The position numbers were made by a program, and so were the translations under genes. 64,000 nucleotides of DNA from Kudoa neothunni. Lineage: Eukaryota > Animalia > Cnidaria. The notes under the pieces are model-generated. The model had not been told where the DNA came from, made no database searches, and was given only the letters and a program-made list of their open reading frames with translations. The stretch covers positions 8,852,221 through 8,916,220 of the forward strand of contig OZ199839.1 in assembly GCA_964304625.1 (NCBI GenBank), read 5' to 3'. Below are positions 1 to 13,258 of the stretch, in pieces; position 1 is the stretch's first letter; each line of letters starts with the position of its first letter.

Positions 1-1339
1 TTCAAATGCGAAATGAAAAAAAGGTTGTTCCTGCTTATTTAACTGTTGAAAAAGACAAATAGTATCGCTAAATCCATAGGTATTGACAAATTTAACGGTA
101 GTAGTAGTAGTAGTAATAACGGTTAGTTCGTATAATTTAAAAATAGGTTTGGAATTAATTTTTAAAAAATTTCATTACGATATGAAGAGTACAACGTAAT
201 AAATGTGGATAATTCAAATTTAATTAAGTATATCATTTTAAATTATTAAAACTTGAAATCATGCATGGAAAAACGTATCTTCGACTACAATTCCAAACTG
301 ATTTAGATAATCTAGGCTTTTTGAACGTTGTATTCTGATACTACAATATACGAAATTAAAGATTAATTAATAGATAATCAAAATTTATTTCAAGATTTTT
401 CTGAAAATAGTGTTGAAAATTTCGTCACATTATTTAATTGTTTATCTACTTTAATTTTTAGATAAAAATATGACGAAACCAACATTATTAAAGAAAAGGG
501 AAAAATACATGAGGAATCAATAGTTTTACCTGGAGCGTATGCAGTTGATAAATTTCAAGAAAATTTCAATATTTCACGTAAATTCCAAAATATAGTAATA
601 AATTAAGAATAATTTAAATATAACAAAGGTAGTTTTTATATTTGCGTTTATTTCTTTCAGATAGAAGATATTTTAACTAAACAGATGTAATTTATGATTA
701 CATATACACATACAGGTTTTCCGTGAATAATAAATTGACATCTAAAACAAATTCTAATATTTATTCTTAATTCACATAAATTCATAGCCAAAACGAATTA
801 TTTCTTTTTCTTTTTGACTCCAATAATTGTTATATGTCTACCTTTTGGTCAACAAATGGATTTTATTTTTAAATCTTAAAGAAAATTATCAAAATTAAAA
901 TTTATTTATTACATTTCAATTGGGGTTGCTCCATTATTACTGTTGATCTGTCTTGATTACTGAATTTCTGTTCTTGAATATTGTACTCACTATTTGAATG
1001 AGTTCTTGATATCGTATGTGGCGAATTTTCAATTAATTCATTTGTTGATTCCTAATATGGTTAAAATGCAATTTAATTAGAAAACAATTACTATTTCGTC
1101 TGTTCCAATAGTTCCCCAACTAAATAAAATTAAGAAGTATGATAATGATCGATAATTGTGTTATCGTGGTTTTTACTATCCTTTATAACAGATTTATTTA
1201 TCTTATCGATTTATCAAGAAAGTCAACACAATATTCTGATGTTGTATTAGCCAACTTTGTTGTAAACATTTTCGCATATTTCAACTTTTTAGCGAAACTT
1301 TTTATTTTAATCTGCTTTATTTATCAATAATAGTAGAAG

Positions 1340-3033
1340 TTTGTTTGTCCGTTGCTATCTTCTGTTATTGGACTTGTTTTTAAAAATTTCATTCCATATG
1401 AATTTGTCCATCTTTCATGACAAAAATCTTCGGAGTAAAGAGGTAACTTTTTCATTGATCTACATATAACACATGACAGCATGGCGATGAGATTGATCGA
1501 TAAAATAAGCATGAACATGTCGATGGACTTGTAGTTCCATTAAAGCTTGTCAATACGTTATCGTCATTTAATAATGAGATTTGATCTTTCAACTTATTGC
1601 AGGCGTATTATGTCAAGTGTTTTTTGTAAAGGGAGGTACATTCTACATTAAATGTTTCATATGAAACATAATACATTTGACTTATTGTTATAACCTCCCT
1701 TTCTGTTCGAACGATGTTCAAAATTTTGAGCAAGTTACAAATAAAATCACTCAAAGTACCAAATTTGTGAAAAACGCTTTCAATTTTCGAATTAACTGCT
1801 TCAATTTGATTATTTGTATCAATGTCATAAAAGTTTTTTGCATCACTGAGACCGATAACTCACTCACTGTAAAGTGATTCCCAATTCCTTTGAGAATATT
1901 TTCTCAATTTAACGTTGTTAAATGAATGAACTTGATCTGCATAACTTATATTCAATGTAATCATTACAATGAATCATTTTCTGCAAGCATGTTAAAACTT
2001 CTTTACAACGACAAATAGAAAATAGAAATTGAGACTTTATTGTTGGTAATCTGCCTTTGGAAAATTTTCATGACATGAAATTTACAAAGTATACACGATG
2101 CGAGTGGAAAACTTCTTTTTGGCCATTTTCTAAGTCTTTTAGCCTTATCGGTAACGATTGTATTTATATTGTCTCGAAGCATTTATATTATATTAGTTAA
2201 AACATCGCAAAACCATTGAATAGCAACTTCAGTCTCCTCATAGAGTATACACACACTCGTTATGTGTGTTAACCCAAAAGAATCTACCCCCGCGAATAGA
2301 TATAATGGAGATCTAAAACTATGATTACAATCGATTCAAATTTTTTTAATTACCTTGAATTAAGAAGTTTGTATGTTGCGTCTACAAGCATCACCTCTGG
2401 ATAAAACTGCAAGAAGGATTTCATTTTATTGTCTGCAAAAAAAATTCCGTTAACAACGTTATATTTATTATATAAAATTTTAACGTAGCAGTTATAATCC
2501 CCTCAACACTTTCTCTATCGCATCTAGGTTAAGGGGGAACAAATTATTATTTGCTCTAATATTATATATAGACTTGAGAAGATCATTTTTTCTGATTTCA
2601 TACTGAATTTTAGACTGAATCAATTCAATTAAATTTTGATCATCTAGATCAATTTTTCGTTTTTATGGTAACTTTCTGTAAATCACTTCATTTGATTCAT
2701 GATTATGAACTAGCATACAAGAATACACTTCAAGAGCAGTTCCATCGATAGAATTCCTAAGTGATATTTTAACAGGGAAGTCTCTCCTTACAGCTGGTTT
2801 ATTTCTACTTCCACAAGATTTTGGTTTGTTTTTGCCACTGAAAATACAACAGGAAGTAATCTCATAATAACGTAGAGCTGGATTGACTGGTTTAGTAATT
2901 CTGCTTCGCATATTTGAAATAGTTCTGGCTTGATATTCATAAAGTTACAAAAATTTGATTTTTCGTAATCTAAAATGGCATTATCAAGATCCTCAAAGGT
3001 GACAATTCGAAAAATCGACAAATCATGTTCCAA
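1340..3033 (-). mobile_element. Decayed Mutator-like (MULE, ZSWIM3-type) transposase
   Basis: Minus-strand fragments in the expected order: FAR1/ZSWIM3-like N-terminus (PVKISLR...CMLVHNHE), FYPEVMLVDATYKL (~2370-2420), IVTDK...FPLASCILCKFHV (~2070-2160), DTNNQIEAVNSK (~1790-1820) and a SWIM-like remnant SCVICRSMKKLP...HERW. Multiple stops and frameshifts. No TIRs identified. Confidence 0.85.
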
Positions 3034-4246
3034 GTGTAAACATTTTTGAGTTTAAAGCGTTTCTAGTGAAATTGTGAGAGCAGAATGTGCGCTCAAATCA
3101 TGACTTGAACGAACAAAAATTATTTAACCCATTATATTTAAGTCTAATTGTTGTTTTTTTTAATTTTTTTAATATATGAAAAAATAATTATCACTTCCGG
3201 TACTAGTGTTATTATCGTTTACGTAAAATTTTGAAATTTAAGGATAACATAAGTTAAACTAATTTATAACGAGTTTTAAATTCTAAGTTCAATGTGTTGA
3301 GTACTTTTCGAGAAATTCGCTTCCTGAGATATAGCCACAGCGTTGATTTAATAGGGATTTCACGTATCAAAATGAAATAACGCGGCACAACTAATGAATT
3401 ATGTCCTCATAAGATGCAATTAAATAATAGTGATAAAGCTGGAATAACATAGAATAGTCTTTATTAAAAGTTAACGTTAAAATATTATTATTATTAATTA
3501 TTATTATTGTTATTGTTGTTGTTGTTGTTGGATTTATAAACCTCAAAAAGAGGGTTAATTGTAATGACAGGAGAGAGTCATTTGTCAACAATTGTGGATA
3601 TAAAGATGTGTACAAATAATTTATTACATCAATTTAACGAAAAATTAAATATTAGACAATAAATGTATTTTCTGCGTATGTTAATTGTTATATTTTATGA
3701 TTTCTATGTAGATTGATATAGTCCATTTCTTTTAGAATTACAAAATAATATGAGAAAAAAATTATAGTGAAACCTTTTGTGCTATTTTCTATCTTTATAT
3801 GATAAACTGTTTATTAATTCCCATATTTAAAAATATATGATAATCTCACTAGAATATTGATGGATTTAGGAAGGTTGAATTATTGGAAATTAATTCTTAT
3901 TCGAACTTTTCTAAATTTACAAAAAATCATGTTAACTAAATACTAGATAATATGTAAAATACGAATAAAATATATGCAGCAGTTCTAGAGATATAGTCAT
4001 TAGCTATTTTTTATTGCTTCGTTAATAGAAAAATTTATCAATTAATAAAACATTGCTGAATCATCTATGAATATTAGAGCGAGTTTGTTTCTGACCCAGT
4101 AAAGAACAACAAATAAAGTGGAAATAACCTTTCTTAAATAGTCAATCTATAGATTCTAGTATTATAATTTGGAGTTTCACGTAAAAATTAGACGATTGTC
4201 GTCTAAGGCATAATAAGGTGTAATCTATAAGATTACGATTGATTTA

Positions 4247-5953
4247 TTATTCCTCGGAACAATATTTTGTAATTGGACTCCAGTCACTGGTAGTATCGGC
4301 GAAGCACGATTTGAAAGACTCCCAAGAACATCTTTCTTGATAATTACTACTAGAGGAGTTAGTTTTTTCCCAGCAACAAACTATTGGCGTCTGTCTTTCG
4401 TTCACATAAAGCGAAACGTATTTCTAAGGTTCAACAAATTTATCGCATCTTTATTTGGAATATTAATATTTACCTTTTTATTAGATTTATCTTCGAACAT
4501 CACAAAAATTAGATTATTACCCATCGGTAATAATTTTCCATACCTATCTAGACGTCCACGTCCCTTACTTGGTAGACTATAAAATGGATGAACAAAGGTT
4601 GAGTATTCAGGTGTGGTTTTGAACATGTAGGCGTTAGTGGCATTTATTAGATCCTAAGTTATAATACTAGGATTTAAAAAAGATGAAAAATCAATCAATA
4701 CCATTAATGGTAGAATATTTTCGGAGCCGGCAAATTCAGCATAAAATTTAAAGTTGTTATCATCGTTAGTTGTAGCTGCTTGACTCAACAAACTGTAAAT
4801 TTTTTCAAACAATGGGAAAAGCCGTATATTTGGCGAATTTATTTCGATACCCAAACATGGAACCAGTTTGAACGTCATTCATAAATTCCAGTAAAATTAG
4901 ATCCTTTCTAGAGAACAACCGACAGATCGCATGTTCTCTCAAAGCATATCCCTCCAGCAATATATTATACCGACAAATATCATATAGTGCTTCGATAATT
5001 TTCCGTGTGTAATTATGGCTTTTTCCTGATAGAGCTCCTTTTAATATACTATTAATATGGTCCACCGTTTCATTGAATCTGTTTCTATGTAAAATAATAT
5101 TCCCTCTATAGTAAGCTTGTTCGGGGAGTTTTTTGTATTTTGGGCAATAATCGATAAATCTTAATCGCTTTCCCATGGTACACTTATTGTCTGGAATCTG
5201 GTTTTTATTTAATCCTGCCGCTTTCGCAAATGCTACTTCAAAAATGTTCATAGTTTGTTGACTTTCTTTCACACAAGTTGAGACAAAATGCAAATTTTTA
5301 TATATGTCATAATTTTTTGAGGATAAACTGTGTTCTATAGTGTTTTTCAGTATTTCACCTATTATAATCGTATTATTTAGAATAATAATAATAATAAATA
5401 GAAAAATATGCCAATAATATATCAAAATTTTATTTTACTAAAAAATATTGAAAATAAATAAAATTTTTATGACAAATAAACAATTTTTAATATGTATAAT
5501 TATCTAATTTTTGTCATAAATTTTAAAATTTATGCACCTATTCTACGACCAAAAAGTAGTTCTTGCTCTTCAGCAATAGGAGCCAATTGACCCACGAGAT
5601 GATTCACTCCATAGATTTTCTCATCAATGTCTTTTATTACTGGCGATCTATTATCCCATAAAAAATCTATTAATTCCTTTATATTTTCATTTCTTCGTTC
5701 TCCGGGGTATTCTGCGCCATGACTACTTAATAAGCTATATCATTTTAACCTGTAGATTAGGTAATATCTCGTGAAATAGCTCTTTCTTGTGGGTGTAAAA
5801 CCATATGCGATCATAAGATGTTACTGTGGAAAAGAGTATCTCATTTTCATATTGCTCTGATTTTAACCCCAAAAGTACACACAGTAGAAGAATTCTCAAC
5901 AATCGAATTTTGTATATTTCTAAATTTAAAATTAGTTTAATTTACACACACAT
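4247..5953 (-). pseudogene. MINPP1: MINPP1-like histidine acid phosphatase with degenerate active site; frameshifted (pseudogene or consensus errors)
   Basis: Spliced model with an intron at 5359-5537 and two ~50-nt introns near 4650-4700 and 4425-4475. It gives signal-like LLRILLLCVLLG, LFSTVTSYD, SHGAEYP, GQLAPIAEEQ, KRLRFIDYCPKY, ICRLFSRKDLILLEFMND, EFAGSENILPLM, LLPMGNNLIFVMF, VSLYVNE, colinear with MINPP1 (YFGTKTRYE, RHGTRYP, GQL, KLMRFFDHCEKF, WCDVF..DAKVLEYLND, QFGHAETLLPLL, IVPYASNLIFVLY, VQMLLNE). +1 frameshifts at ~5737 and ~4817. In-frame TAA three codons after ATG 5953, so the start is uncertain. Confidence 0.85.
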
Positions 5954-6998
5954 TTTTATTTTTAAATCGACTAGCATTAAATACACGAACGATAGCATCT
6001 AAGCACTCCACCTAACTAACACATCTTAGTAAATTAATATTGAATTTAGTTGTTAATCTTCTCCAATCAAATTAACTATAAAATAAATTTGTAATTAATA
6101 TAAATGTGGATATTTATGCATTATTTCAAAAATATTTGATTTTTTACAACTAAAATATTAATAGTGTAATGAGTGGATACAGTGCTCAACGTTAGATTTA
6201 CTTTTTATTTTACCTTCTGTCATCGAAAAATACTTAAAGTTGTTTATCAATTTTCAAGTCAAGTAAATGTTTGGTCTAAGTCATAAACATATTGGTTGAT
6301 TGGTTATTTTCGAAAACATTTTTTATAAAATTGTCAAGAAAAACAATTGTATTTAGAATTGATATGGAAAAACATTCATTAAGTCATAACACCAGAAATA
6401 TTGTTATTCCAATAGGATATTTAATATTTATATGATAAAAAGAAACTTTCAATAGAAGCTAAATGAATAAACAATGTTTTAGCTGTCATTTACAATAGTT
6501 ACATTATTTCAAGATCTAAATGAAACCTCCCTACCGTAGGAAAAAACCATTAGAGTTATGTAACGAATTTTTTTAGAATGTTATAAAGGTAAAATTAAAG
6601 ATACAGTTCTAAAATTGAGATAAATGTAAAGATTCTAACCAATAAGTTGATCCACTTGTGCGACAATTGGCAGTTTTTATATAAAAAATAGGTACTAAAA
6701 TTACTTCAAAATAAATCGCTTCACATTCCAATCGTTTATATAGATGAATCGAGGGTTTCGACTTCAACGAGAAGATCACTTGATAGTATCAATAAAAACG
6801 ATGTACGCAAAAATAAGATTACTAAAAAAAATATATAAACTTACACTAGATTATCTTATTTTTGTGAAGGTTAAAAACTGTGAGTTCTATCAGCGCTAAA
6901 TAGGTTCGTCATTTCTTAATCCTATATAGAAGTTTTCTCATCAATTAAAAACGATTGTAACGAATACATCCACAAAAATTAATAACTAATAAACACTA

Positions 6999-9900
6999 CA
7001 GTCGATACTGGATATTGCGTGGTTTTTTGCTGTTCCCCCAAAATCCACGCAATACAAAGTTTTTACGCAATATCCAGTTTCATGCGTATGTGTTACATTG
7101 TAAAATACGATTTTTCTTGTGCTTACGTTTGATGATTATTCCTACCAACAAGTTTTTGTTAAAACGCAGATAAAATTGAATTCAATTAAGAGAAACTTAC
7201 TAATTTTTTTCAAAAATCTTGTGATTTTTGCGTGTCAAATCTTCCTATTGATATTTTTTAAATTCTTTCCGTTATGGGATATAATTCAAACAATCCAGAT
7301 AGAGCTTCTTGAATTAAAACTTTATTTAAAATATTAACTATATTCAATTTTTGTTTTATAAAAATTTTAACTTCTTTAATAATTAGTTCGATATCATCAG
7401 ATTAACCATTTGGGGGAAATAAATCCGCATGATTTTGATACTCACATGTTGCCACCTTATCATCGTCAAATATATTTTCGTAAGCTTCAATTTCATTGGA
7501 GAAAACCAATAATATATACATATTATATTACTTTCATAATTGTTTCTGATTTGGGACATCATCCTCAAATCTTCTTGTTCTATAAACTGATATAACTTTT
7601 TTATTTTACAGTTTTATATATTAGTATCAAGAATTTTTGATGTTTAAAACAATTAAATATAATTTCTGGCGTAATACTCTCCTAAAATTTAGTTAATGAC
7701 GTGATTGAGTTTAGTAATGTTTATTTTTAAATCATAGAAACTTCACATAAAACCGTGTGCTTCGTCATTGTATTCCTGTCCTATTTTTAATGCATTTAAT
7801 GATGCCTAAATTAAGCTTTGCGGAATATTAGTCGTTTTTGAGTTGACAAATTTGATATATTTTTAAAAAATCAATATTTTGGGGATGAAGAGCATATTGA
7901 ACAAACAAAATTAAAACTTTTCTGTTCTCATCTACCATTCTTTGGTTCAACTTTCTATTATGTTAATAAATATATTACGCATCGTCCATGTGTTTTTTTA
8001 ATAATATTCACGCGGTAGATGTTAAACCTAGTTCAAACGCCAAGGATTCTGAAATTTACCGGTGAAAACTGATGGGAGTTTATTCCTATTTAAAGAAGAG
8101 TGGCAGTAAAACAGTCACTCTTTTTTGGATATTTTTCCCTAATATTCCCACCTGATTCCTTTAAAACATAACCAATGTTTTGGTAACTACTCATAAAAGA
8201 AGGCCAGCAGTTACATCAATGTTTATAACGTCTTTAGGACTATACGCCTTGGCCTAATTGATGTGCTCAACATTCCATGAGTCAGCAGAGGAAAAATATG
8301 TGGTCGCATTCTCATCACGAAGCATTTTGAAAGCTATCTCACATCTTGGATGGACTCTAAAGACCACATTCAACTAGATTTTAAGTTGGGAATTTCTTTT
8401 TTATTTGTAACTAGCGTTAAAGCCCAGCATCGCTTGACACTATGTGACGTAAAATTTTAATTTTTCTGTTTTAATTGATGCATTTCAAAGCTTTTCATTA
8501 TTTTTGCAATGTGATGAATTAGAAAAACAAAATTATGCGCACACTTTCCATTCGAATATAAATAGAGGTATTGAGAGAAATTAATGAATATTTTTAAGTT
8601 TATTTTACAAATTATTGGCCAAAACTATGATGACCTTAATTTTATGAGCAATTAAAGTTCATTTATTAAACAAAATAATAAAGTAACTTAAATAGGACTT
8701 TCAGTTCTTTTCAAAATTTTGCGATAAAAAATTAATCATTCTAGTTATAAAATTTATTATTAGTCTACAAACGATAAAAAAATTAAAATAGACCTAAAAT
8801 GCGTCAAGAAAAAAATATTGTTACTCCTTTTTTTGCAATTTTATAAAGGATGTTAATGAGGTTTCAATAATCTGTGAGTAGTGGCTTAAGTATTCGTTAT
8901 TTTTAACATATTTTTCCAATTTTTAAATAAATGCAAACTTTCTTTTTATCAAGAATACTTACTAGTTCAAAAATATACAAATTTAATTAACAAAATACGA
9001 TTAGATTTAAAATGTAAAGATGTTTTTAGTTTGGAAAATTACAGTAATACTTAAATATCAACTGGTTTTCTCGGAGAAGCGCACCCTTTTAAAAATAAAA
9101 GTACTGTTTGATTTCCCTAAAAAATTACTTTGTATTGAACTTTTCTTGGATTAACGAAAACTTTGTGTAAATATCGGTTAGATCGAATAGACCAATAACT
9201 TCTTATCAACTTATATAATACGTATTGAGATTGAGATTGAGGGGGACTATATTTTGTGCAAAAGTAATCGTGAATATAAATTCTTAAATTACGTGTAGAA
9301 TGCGGTGTCGCGTATTTTCATGAAGCTTTTATTTCATAATGAATTATTTGTAGCAAAAAGGAAATTATATATGATTTGAATACTAATCTTAAAGTCTGGC
9401 TGGAGGTAAGGAATAATTAGGTTACTAAGAGCCTAAACATTATTTTAAAAAAATTATATCATAAAATATAGAAACTTATCGAATAATTGATGCCTGCTGT
9501 TCTGCAAGAAATTTTAGGACAACCAAAAAATGAGTAAAAACTTATCGAAAAGACGAATATAGTTTAAATCTCAGTCGGTATATTCGATAAAAAAAAATCT
9601 TCATTTAAGAAGTTATCACAGAAATTTAATTATTTGAAAACTCTACACACATCCTACATCGTCATTAGAATTCTTATAGAACTACCAAATTATTCCTTGA
9701 TGGAAAAAACTTTAATCTCGAATTATGTGTTTTATTTAAAATGGTCATAAGTCTTTTTGCTTTAAAATGTATCTATAATGCTTGAAAAATTAAAATACAT
9801 CCTAAGTACTTTGTTATGCTTCAAATTTTAAGGGAAATGCGACAACTCTTGTAAATGTGACGTTAATGATTTTATTTGTCTTATATATGTCGTTTGGAAT

Positions 9901-10821
9901 AATTTTAACATTGTTAAACCATTCTATACCATAATTAACAGATTCTCTTTGTGAATAATGAGTAAAAGTTTATTCTAGTCGATTTTTTCTTTGAAATAAA
10001 CAAACATCAATATTATTATTGTTATTATGCAGGTACTTTTAAATCTGGTAATTGATGTAAACAAACAGAAAATTCCTTCCTTCTGATAACGATATTGATT
10101 ATATTTATACTTCTAAGTAAATGAACGATTTCTATTGATGGCATCATCTATTCAAATGCAGACTAAAAGCTGTATTTAAAAAAGTTTCGTCTTGACACGT
10201 GAATATTGCTACAAACACACACACTGACAGACAGAAGAACTTTATTTATATAGTAAATATATAAAGCAATTTCGATAAGAGCATATCTCGGCTGAACATT
10301 ATCATTCGACCATTGTTTAACAAACCAACCATATAACTTACCATCTATATTTTTAATTTGCCAGAAAAAATGTTCTTCTCTATAGTTTCAATATTCGTAT
10401 TTTTTGAATTTATCTTCGTGTGAATGAATTCTATCAATCTCTAGATGATCTTTAACATGGAAATATATTAATATTCAACTTAGATCACTACATCACTCAA
10501 TTTAAACTTAGAAATTATCATTTTTAAGACAATTTTCAACATTTTAATCGAGTTATAATAATCAATAATTTCTCCTTTCTCTGATCTATTACTTTTTTAG
10601 AGGATTTAATGAAGAATACACTCTTAGTTTTACATAAATCGTCCATAAAAACCACGCAATACAAATTGTCCACGCAATAACTAGACTTAAGTTATATCTA
10701 AAAAAATTGTTTTTTTATGTTAACTATGTTTACAGAATGATAAAATAATAACAGAACCAAAAAGCTAGGTTCCTCTCTAAAAAGAATAATGTCAAAATTA
10801 CGCAATATCCAATCTCGACTG
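6999..10821 (-). mobile_element. Tigger/pogo-like DNA transposon with TIRs, TA TSD and decayed transposase
   Basis: TA|CAGTCGATACTGGATATTGCGT at 6997 and ACGCAATATCCAATCTCGACTG|TA at ~10800-10823 are imperfect TIRs. Subterminal CCACGCAATA repeats occur at both ends. Minus-strand remnant at ~7950-8400 (YSPKDVINID.TA, SKKRVTVLL, TGKFQNP) resembles TIGD/pogo DDE. Confidence 0.8.
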
Positions 10822-12710
10822 TATTTGGAGAGTCCCCTAAAGTTTGCCTCACAAAACTCTCTTAATTATCCAAACCACGCCGAATCCTATTTTCTAAGAT
10901 GTTTTAATAAGTATGAAATTAATAATTAATTAAAATAATTCATTTATAAAAATGTTGCATTTAGATCTTGAAATATTGTATTGTCTATTTAGGCAGTGTC
11001 CATTGTAACGGATGGGAATATCTACCAAAATAATGCTTCCATCAATCTTTTAATTTTAAAAATACAAGTAACAATTCATGAACTATTATTATGTGAATTT
11101 TCAACGGAAAATAAATTCCTTGATTTTTTTTATCTTTAAATTGGCCAAATGTGCGATCATTGTTTAATTCTTTTCTTCAACAAATTCATATATACGTTAA
11201 TGTATAAGTAATTTTCAAATACTATGTGTTGATTTCATGACAAGAAGTATCGACATATACGATACATTAATTAAGAACACGTGAGCTTCTGTTAATGAAG
11301 TTTGTTTGAAACAAAGATTGTAAATTAACTATCTTACGATATAATTTCAATTAAAATAATTAAGTTTACATTTATTTGGTGGTTATAGTTTGTATAATAG
11401 GCTTTATCGATAGAGATCACCCTTGATTCTTTCAGCATTAATGTCCATCATGTGAAACTTTACTATTTGATTTACTTGAATAAAGATATTTTCTATCAGT
11501 GAATGTATATTGAATAATTTCCAATCTAATAATAGTGCTAAATTTAATCGCAATGCGAAATTACAAGAAATCGCCAAAGAAAAATTTAAACCCTATTCAA
11601 ATCGCTTATAAAATGCACAAGTCTCTACAAACCGACCTATGTCAACGTCTGCAGCATAAAGCAATGGATTTATCCTTATTTCAATAGTTGTTATTGAGAG
11701 AATTAAAATTATATTAGAGAAAATAATGTTTATAACTAGAAAACTATTAAACATAGTTATAAAATATTCATTTAAAACGTGGTAACTAACTTAGAGCACA
11801 AAATGAAATCAACGAGAATAATTCGAAACTGATAATCAAGTATCAATTAACGAGCAAAATGAAAATAGAAATGATATAAGTATAATATGTTCAAATAAGT
11901 ATTAGATATGATACTTGAAGCAAATGAAAAGTCAAATGAAGGAAATTTCTAAAGCATCCTCAACCAGGTTACTTACTAATGGCTCGTCTTTAGACTTCTA
12001 TAAGATGAAAGTGACAAACAGACAGATGAGTGCAAAATCGACGATAATTTTAATAGTTAAATAATCATATCGAATTTTCTATTAATTTTATGTCGATTTT
12101 AAAATTTCTCTCTAAAGTAAGAACAACAGGCGACTTACGGGTACTGATCTAACAGTCATTAGATTACCTCGAAGCCGAAGACGTGGAATTTTAAAATTAA
12201 CATATTATTGTACAAACCAACAATATCATATTTTATAAAATATATATCAACCATATAAAGTAGTGTATGGACCATACGCAATTTTTAAAAATTTCCTTGT
12301 TTATTACTTTTTTTTAATTCAAATTGAAATAGATCATTTGTCAATAGGTAATTGGTTTTCAAAAAAATATAAAACCCAGCTTAACGCGAAACAAAACTTT
12401 CATTCCTGGTCTTTGATAACACCATCTGACTGCTAATATTTGTATATAGTTACGTTAATTAAAGTAAATAATGCAGAGCGAGAAAAACTAAAATTTATTC
12501 ATCAGAAACAAAAAAGGAGCCAATCTACATATCTATTATCAAAACTCGAATATCATTTCATTTATGTTAATCCTCATTTAGGTAATAAAATTGGATATTT
12601 CATTAGTTACAGCAATAGATATTATTGGCGAATGAGTGCAAAGAAAAATAACTCATCATGAAATAAAGACAAACAAGCCAATATGACTAAGAAGGTATTA
12701 CAACAAAACG

Positions 12711-13258
12711 TTAGGTGTACTCGCTGGCATCAATCATCATTCTGCTTGTGTAAAAATCTTGAAAGAGATCTCTGAGGGTTGCTTGGATACTGGGAGTGAC
12801 TGCTTCTTGTCCTAACAATTGAGTAGCTATCGAAATCAACGACTTGTCCATTTGCTACAATCCGGATGTATAACAAGATCACCCAATTACAACATACGTT
12901 GTAGATATCCGGTGGAATGCCCATATCAGCCAAATTCTTGTTTACCTCATCTATAATTTCTTTACGTTGGGTGAAATCAGTCCATGCATACACCACCTTT
13001 ATAACTTGCAAAATAACGTATACGGTTTTGTTTTCGATTTCACACAAATAGTGGCCAATGTAAGACCTGAGATGGGGCTGTTCTTTTAGCATACTGAACG
13101 CGCAAATAGATCACAAAAATAAGTTTACAAATGTGGCTAACTTACTCCTTATAAATTTCGTACACAAAGTCCATATTTGCCTTGGTGGCGTGATGAACAA
13201 TTTTGTTCAAAAAATTTTTCAATTCACGGGCAGCCTCAACACAAGAACCCCTCGTCAT
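12711..13258 (-). CDS. Globin-fold protein lacking proximal and distal His (globin B, 150 aa, 3 exons)
   Basis: Exons 13258-13146, 13093-12898, 12854-12711 total 453 nt, open, with GT-AG introns of 52 and 43 nt. Protein: MTRGSCVEAARELKNFLNKIVHHATKANMDFVYEIYKD MLKEQPHLRSYIGHYLCEIENKTVYVILQVIKVVYAWTDFTQRKEIIDEVNKNLADMGIPPDIYN QMDKSLISIATQLLGQEAVTPSIQATLRDLFQDFYTSRMMIDASEYT. Introns fall at globin positions B12.2 and G7.0. ProC2, FG-corner G-I-P and GH LG.E.VTP patterns are present. Confidence 0.85.

Noticed and set aside
1-700. Possible 3' exons of a plus-strand gene at the window start
   Set aside because: Could not build a consistent open spliced frame or recognise a product.
5359-5425. Apparent signal peptide MIYYWHIFLFIIIIIL at the start of the 206-aa ORF
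   Set aside because: It is translated intron 3' end. The acceptor is at 5359, and MINPP1 homology continues in an upstream exon.
5942-5944. Alternative genetic code (TAA read-through) suggested by the in-frame stop after ATG
   Set aside because: BMS1, globin B, the CCHC gene and importin-alpha all terminate at TAA, so the standard code fits.
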